Assembly (NCBI GenBank): GCA_037917685.1
Contig: JAVCBU010000003.1
Location: 225,309 to 289,308, forward strand
Origin: Thermoproteota archaeon
Lineage (GTDB): Archaea > Korarchaeota > Korarchaeia > Korarchaeales > JAOZGB01
DNA: 64,000 bases
Reading direction: 5' to 3'
Shown: positions 60,801 through 64,000 of the stretch, piece after piece
Numbering within the stretch: the stretch's first letter is position 1
Layout of the letters: every line of letters starts with the position of its first letter
The notes under the pieces: model-generated
Databases searched by the model: none
The model's input: only the letters and a program-made list of their open reading frames with translations
Told to the model about the DNA's origin: nothing
Translations under genes and position numbers: made by a program

Positions 60801-63800
60801 AAATCGCCCAGCACACAGTCGGCTGATAGATGGAGCCTCGTAAGCTGGAACATAACGATAAACAATAACGGCAACGGTACAGCCTACTATGTGAATGTAA
60901 CCGACATTCTAAACGGCTTAAGATACGTTAGTGACAACCAGTCTCAATATAGAGTCTACTCCAGCGATAACAGGGTTGTCTGGAACATAACTAGGATAGA
61001 GCCAGGAGGGAAGATTGTAATCAGCCTAAAAGCCAATGTAACCGGCTGCACCAACCTGGAAAACGAAGTACATCTTAGATGGGGATGCCTGGGTAAGACA
61101 TGCACAAGCACCCATGATACAGCAGCAGTCACCCTTTACACGCCTGACTTAGCTTCCTCCCTAACCATACTGGGTAACCTGTCCTCCTGCGCCAACACAA
61201 CCTTAAGGATAGTTGTGTCAAATGTTGGTGAGGGCTCCGCATACGGCAACCAGTCTAATCCCTTGAATATCTCGCTAATGATTCCAATTTGTAACGGCAC
61301 GCCGGGACTAGGCTACATAGAAACGGTCTCCGTGAATGTAAACGGGACACCATACAGCACCAACCCCACCGTCTCAGGTGCATGGGTTAACTACAGCTTT
61401 TCAAGGTATCCATGGATCAAGCTTAAGCCGGGAGAGAACATTACCATAATTGTAAAGTTTAAAGTGGCATGCTGCCTTACAACACCGAACAATCTAGAGA
61501 TTTACATGGACTATATGGATGCCTGCAGCAGCGTTCACAGCGATAGTGAGGTGAAAACTCTCCCAAGCAGCGTGTTCTACAGGCCTAACATAACGGTTGA
61601 GAAGAGCCCGTCCTCAAATACGGCGGACAGGTGGAGCCTTGTAAGCTGGAACATAACCGTCAGGAACACTGGGAATGGTACAGCCTACTATGTTAACGTA
61701 ACCGACCTGCTTAACGGCCTAGAATACGTGTGGGACAATCAGACCCAGTACAGGGCCTACTCTGGCAGACATAAGGTTGTCTGGAACATAACAGAGCTGA
61801 AACCCGGGGATGCCGTTGTTATAAATCTTGTAGCAAATGTCACCGGATGCAGCGGTGTAGAGAACGTGGTCTACGCCTCCTGGGGATGCCTGAATGCAAC
61901 CTGCCAGTCTGTCTCGGATGTGAGCACCGTCTCACTCTACCTCTCCCCACGTCTAGAGTCGGAGATGGTTATCCATGGTAACCTAACAACATGCCAAAAT
62001 ACGACCTTGGAGATAGTTGTGTCAAATGTTGGTGAGGGCTCCGCATACGGCAACCAGTCTCACCCCCTGAATATTTCAATATTCCTACCAGAGTGTTCGC
62101 TGAGCTATGTTGACACGTTGTCTGTGAGTGTAAACGGATCCGCGTATCCTGTAACCCCATCGGTTTCACAGTTCTGGGTGAACTACAGCTTCCACAATGT
62201 CAGACTTAAACCAGGGGAGAACATAACGATAATTGCTAAGTTTAAGGTTGTATGCTGCTTTGAAGCTCCCGGCACACTATCCATAGGGATGGATTACATG
62301 GATGCATGTTCAGGCTTACACAGCGATAGTGAGGTGAAAACTCTCCCAAGCAGCGTGTTCTACAGGCCTAACATAACGGTTGAGAAGAGCCCGTCCTCAA
62401 ATACGGCGGACAGGTGGAGCCTTGTAAGCTGGAACATAACCGTCAGGAACACTGGGAATGGTACAGCGTACCATGTTAATGTAACCGATGTTTTGGAGGG
62501 GTTAGAATATGTCAGTGACAACCAGTCTGGCCTAGTATCTGGTAGTAAGGTTGTCTGGGATATTGCGGAACTGAAATCTGGGGAGAAATTTGTGATCAAC
62601 ATAGTCGCTAACGTCTCCGGCTGTGTAGATATAAGAGACACGGTTTACGCCTCCTGGGGATGCCTGAACGTAACCTGCCAGTCGGTAGCTAGCAGTTCTG
62701 AGGTTAAGCTTCTATATCCCAATGTAACCGTCACGAAAACCGTTGCCAATGGTTCATGCCCGTATACAGCCGAGCCTGGAGACGTATTAACGTTCACAAT
62801 AACGTTGAATAATACCGGGGCGTCCCATGGCTCAGCATTCAACCTTACGGTTGAAGACGAGCTTCCATCATTCCTAGAATTTGTAAGTGCAAGCGATGGA
62901 GGTGCATACTCAGCTGGAAGTGTGAAATGGAATATAAGGAGGCTGGGGAGAGTAGTGAAGAATTTAACGTTGAAAGTTAGGGTTAAAGCAGGAACGCCGA
63001 ACGGCTCGTCAGAGTACAACAAGGTAACCCTACTCTATAGAGACGCCTGCAACAATACCGCAAACCCGGAGACGGGCGCCCCATACTACAGCGAGGACAA
63101 ATGTCTATTGACAATATACGCTCCAATCATAGTGATTAATAAGACGTTAACCCCGAACCTGACAACGCAATGTGGCGAAGTCACAGCAGCCATAACCGTG
63201 GACAATATAGGACTTGGAACCGCATACCACCTAAACATCTCCGACATCCTACCCCCAGGCTACCATTACATACCTGGAACCACGGTTGTAACAAACCTAA
63301 CAACACACGCCGTAATATCAACAATTGACCCTACAATCACAGAGCATGGGAATAAAACAAAACTAGAATGGCCCCTCAACATCACACTAAACAGTTTACA
63401 ATCAATACAGTTAAACTTCACATTCACAGCTGAATGCAACCTACAGGCAGACTGGAACATAGCAGCCGTAAATGCAACCGACGGGGGAGGATACAGGCTA
63501 AACAACTCGGCAGAGGCATTCCTATCAATCCTCAAACCGGAAATAACAATATCAAAAACCGCACACCCAACCACGATACTAACAGGATCCTATACAACAA
63601 TAAACATAACAATAAGGAACGTAGGCAACGGAACAGCCTACAATCTAACCATAACAGACGACTTCAACGGTTTATTCTACGTCCCCGGATCCACAAAGCT
63701 CAACGGCACACCCTACAAAGATCCAGCCATCACCGGAACCGAAGCAAGATGGAAGACCAATATAACCCTGACGCCAAACCAAACCATAACCCTCCAGCTT

Positions 63801-64000
63801 ACCCTAAGAAGCGGCACACTACCCGGAGTCTACGAAGATAAGGCATGCATCACATACCTAGATAAATGCTCCAACACATGCGGAACAGAATGTACAACAA
63901 CCACAATAACCGTATACAAGCCCCCACCACCGCCAACTCCTACCCCGACTCCTACCCTGACTCCTACCCTGACTCCTACCCCGACTCCTAGCCCTAGTCC
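54882..64000 (+). CDS. Giant (>3030 aa) Cys-rich DUF11/Ig-repeat surface glycoprotein, 3' end outside window
   Basis: ATG 54882 MDRPTVEIG with signal/TM; repeated V.W.I.V.N.G.G.A.NV...D.L...L..V units; same frame at the window end (YKPPPPPTPTP). The ORF track lists no closed ORF in this frame. Confidence 0.9.
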   Translation, partial: MDRPTVEIGTSIEISLLTLTTIVLIGMGGITIAYSKSKICSIPLQASDPPVLEIAVKDPGEVSLCRMANYTVTIRNIGDGNATDVNITVEMPQGFWYDSGSSEINGTPTAPDQDGRNITWHLDLIRPGEAYIITFNMTAGCKAHVEAAFRVIGEYLDESGNEYSTVAQSDVIKVRKPSLTIQKVPVIQSAYKWDTVTWTIKVKNTGLAQADNVTIIDSLGAGLTLVSSNPNIDGTLPNGSVYWKNIHLDVGEEYDITLTVVVSGCEDVYDDARAYVTCGGQTCDSASATASVSLTIREPKMKVEGLTVQPPTVSPCTPSTVTVTLKNDGDGTAYDLNSTFILPPGLNYQPGTGIPTPEIDGNKLIFHLGDIGAGESVDIKFNVTADCGVQGSALILNQQEYLDECGVYWYPPVAFLTINMASPSISISKTGPHEVLNVSSGEVYTITVTCSGLQYCGNPRVIIEDEIPEMLEYVGADIPPNTTQGNMLIWNLAARDTITIHVTLKPSPQASCGRHGFNNVYATLYCCPACSASSSDSYSIRIVCSTPSDCFMIRTYTNVSSVEPCKAVNYTSTIDFSVDSVNSTLSNMIYSHCEETGLKEEYLGPTYLYLPNGTRRAINPTMVTDTCIVWNLSMLNFIVNSGDQLRITYNLLVKCSAAGYMHDRTGFSMDAKNSAGQSLNCSGTVHHAKYIDINRPSMSIYENPPLTVNLCSNQTRKLYITGATVDSPGYNVEVRAYIPAGFTPVSLQSNITFNNGTSLIANAYMEGNILIWNKTNVGQLSKVTCGFTVTFNLTSCCDTSTFNYKSELYYEDYCEYSGNCQAGCVCSHTVSYSSGNIYTLKPILLLSKMPEIVYAASNEVTWQLEVSNRGNGTCYSPEIVDNLGPGLIFVSADTPPGWGYTVSADRKTVIFKNDTFSPGETVIFRITAKMTGCTGLYNNVTVRWGCCGEYCQVVNDSSSIVVPNGKLQAIDSIVPEVVDFCGEANVTLLIKNVGIVDIYNLTVKYAMPACFYYDSSVQAHVYNSTVRYSFSPNQTAPDGSWALWNFTGTVFDVLKVGESLNITFNVTASCPCNNGGGYSELYITYYKPCNEQAPPVILHGTARYRMLTPNLQIEAPSYVCGEPGDTIWWNLTVVNQGEGTAEYVNVTVELPSTVSYNGAQPTPDIVNGQVLGWVSQRRGGSMPDLKPGESFKINVSLNVAGCEYKGYIHVGVEDGCEACTYEEKWFNETSYIHSKVRRPSITDVHNTINACGNATWSFRVRNRDPCLNLYAATVNIGGSTCYNYTVQDNLPDDVNPVSSPSLAENSKIYYHNSTGTYNVPVYPYGTTPTPLPQMFAWVRQVGNSLQWMVYAETANPLPPGGYLEFEYNVTSASCDLHRQMHTITTYNFKDACENSRDVSKDVTDRVKLPSITVSKTPSSQYADLYSIVCWDIIVRNVGNGTAYNVTVFDTLCPSLSFDSNSQSQTHPAWDTVKILANGSTVIYWRNIEIPAGGMLQIHVCANITACPVPPSHPYNNVYAIWSCDNKCNSSEVAHAHADVYMHGVPSPLSKSPTKFDVCGNQTVNITVHNIGATIFGFCINETLPYGLEPLNRDANGNVKANITIDGSTYINVPSNRTYVSNTYTIIIWNLTRLRVPQNTDMSLFFRVHVNCSFHDSIETVNLTYWDSCGEKHSLWRSDNLRRLAPDVTQSYKEKVNPPGRPERFEIVTWKIHIVNTGSGNLYFVNVTDYLDPGYTFVDSSPPPDQTDNPLDPHVLYWFFNWAENPLPPGGERTITVRANLTGCGEPFWNNVSFSWGCDGETCAPAHWSNTSIEYAKPYLKVEYSSPIYGICDNTTVSFKVTNDGDAAIYGFNSSMPFTLRHLMPVRASNGDIDCMKYVGGSTNITFSNGTILHVDPTVYTSGEYKYLLWELWYVELKPGDWIEVSFKVKTSCCFVKGEMGNGYAKAYDICGEKYTRWTNSRADEILTPLLTIDKSPSTQSADRWSLVSWNITINNNGNGTAYYVNVTDILNGLRYVSDNQSQYRVYSSDNRVVWNITRIEPGGKIVISLKANVTGCTNLENEVHLRWGCLGKTCTSTHDTAAVTLYTPDLASSLTILGNLSSCANTTLRIVVSNVGEGSAYGNQSNPLNISLMIPICNGTPGLGYIETVSVNVNGTPYSTNPTVSGAWVNYSFSRYPWIKLKPGENITIIVKFKVACCLTTPNNLEIYMDYMDACSSVHSDSEVKTLPSSVFYRPNITVEKSPSSNTADRWSLVSWNITVRNTGNGTAYYVNVTDLLNGLEYVWDNQTQYRAYSGRHKVVWNITELKPGDAVVINLVANVTGCSGVENVVYASWGCLNATCQSVSDVSTVSLYLSPRLESEMVIHGNLTTCQNTTLEIVVSNVGEGSAYGNQSHPLNISIFLPECSLSYVDTLSVSVNGSAYPVTPSVSQFWVNYSFHNVRLKPGENITIIAKFKVVCCFEAPGTLSIGMDYMDACSGLHSDSEVKTLPSSVFYRPNITVEKSPSSNTADRWSLVSWNITVRNTGNGTAYHVNVTDVLEGLEYVSDNQSGLVSGSKVVWDIAELKSGEKFVINIVANVSGCVDIRDTVYASWGCLNVTCQSVASSSEVKLLYPNVTVTKTVANGSCPYTAEPGDVLTFTITLNNTGASHGSAFNLTVEDELPSFLEFVSASDGGAYSAGSVKWNIRRLGRVVKNLTLKVRVKAGTPNGSSEYNKVTLLYRDACNNTANPETGAPYYSEDKCLLTIYAPIIVINKTLTPNLTTQCGEVTAAITVDNIGLGTAYHLNISDILPPGYHYIPGTTVVTNLTTHAVISTIDPTITEHGNKTKLEWPLNITLNSLQSIQLNFTFTAECNLQADWNIAAVNATDGGGYRLNNSAEAFLSILKPEITISKTAHPTTILTGSYTTINITIRNVGNGTAYNLTITDDFNGLFYVPGSTKLNGTPYKDPAITGTEARWKTNITLTPNQTITLQLTLRSGTLPGVYEDKACITYLDKCSNTCGTECTTTTITVYKPPPPPTPTPTPTLTPTLTPTPTPSPS
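61536..62467 (+). repeat. Internal direct repeat in the giant gene: 149-nt identical blocks 783 nt apart
   Basis: 61536-61684 equals 62319-62467; also 61208-61256 equals 62012-62060. Confidence 0.88.
63936..64000 (+). repeat. 12-nt tandem repeat encoding a Thr/Pro linker
   Basis: ACTCCTACCCYG repeated (TPTP/TPTL). Confidence 0.85.

Noticed and set aside
55088-63841. Many short ORFs listed in the last 9 kb
   Set aside because: Antisense or off-frame shadows of the single giant ORF starting at 54882.

Overview
Archaeal chromosomal window, probably a thermophilic TACK-type organism (inferred from archaeal gene families, TATA-type promoters and a C/D-box sRNA). No rRNA, tRNA or canonical CRISPR array was recognised. 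The first ~37 kb is mostly housekeeping and transport: an AOR C-terminus, ROK kinase, DHH protein, orphan Cas6, GGR, a GT-C protein, MobA-like, SfsA, three ECF loci (one deleted, one next to mtaD/ahcY, one Ni/Co-type with a NikR-like operator), a NapG/NapH-like pair, surface proteins and MtnA. From ~40 to 53 kb the region is accessory and eroding: three VapBC pairs, a TnpB remnant fused to a PaREP1 fragment, a Zn-phospholipase C pair and several gene scars. The window ends in an uninterrupted >3000-aa Cys-rich DUF11-repeat surface protein that the ORF track missed. The best candidate for an undescribed system is 4442-9971. It combines CstA, a single-TM protein resembling eukaryotic CCDC47 (PAT complex), two paralogous small hydrophobic proteins and a translationally coupled pair of Get3/ArsA ATPases. 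The second ATPase naturally carries the hydrolysis-dead switch-I D-to-N change. All family calls come from motif recognition by eye; no database searches were run.
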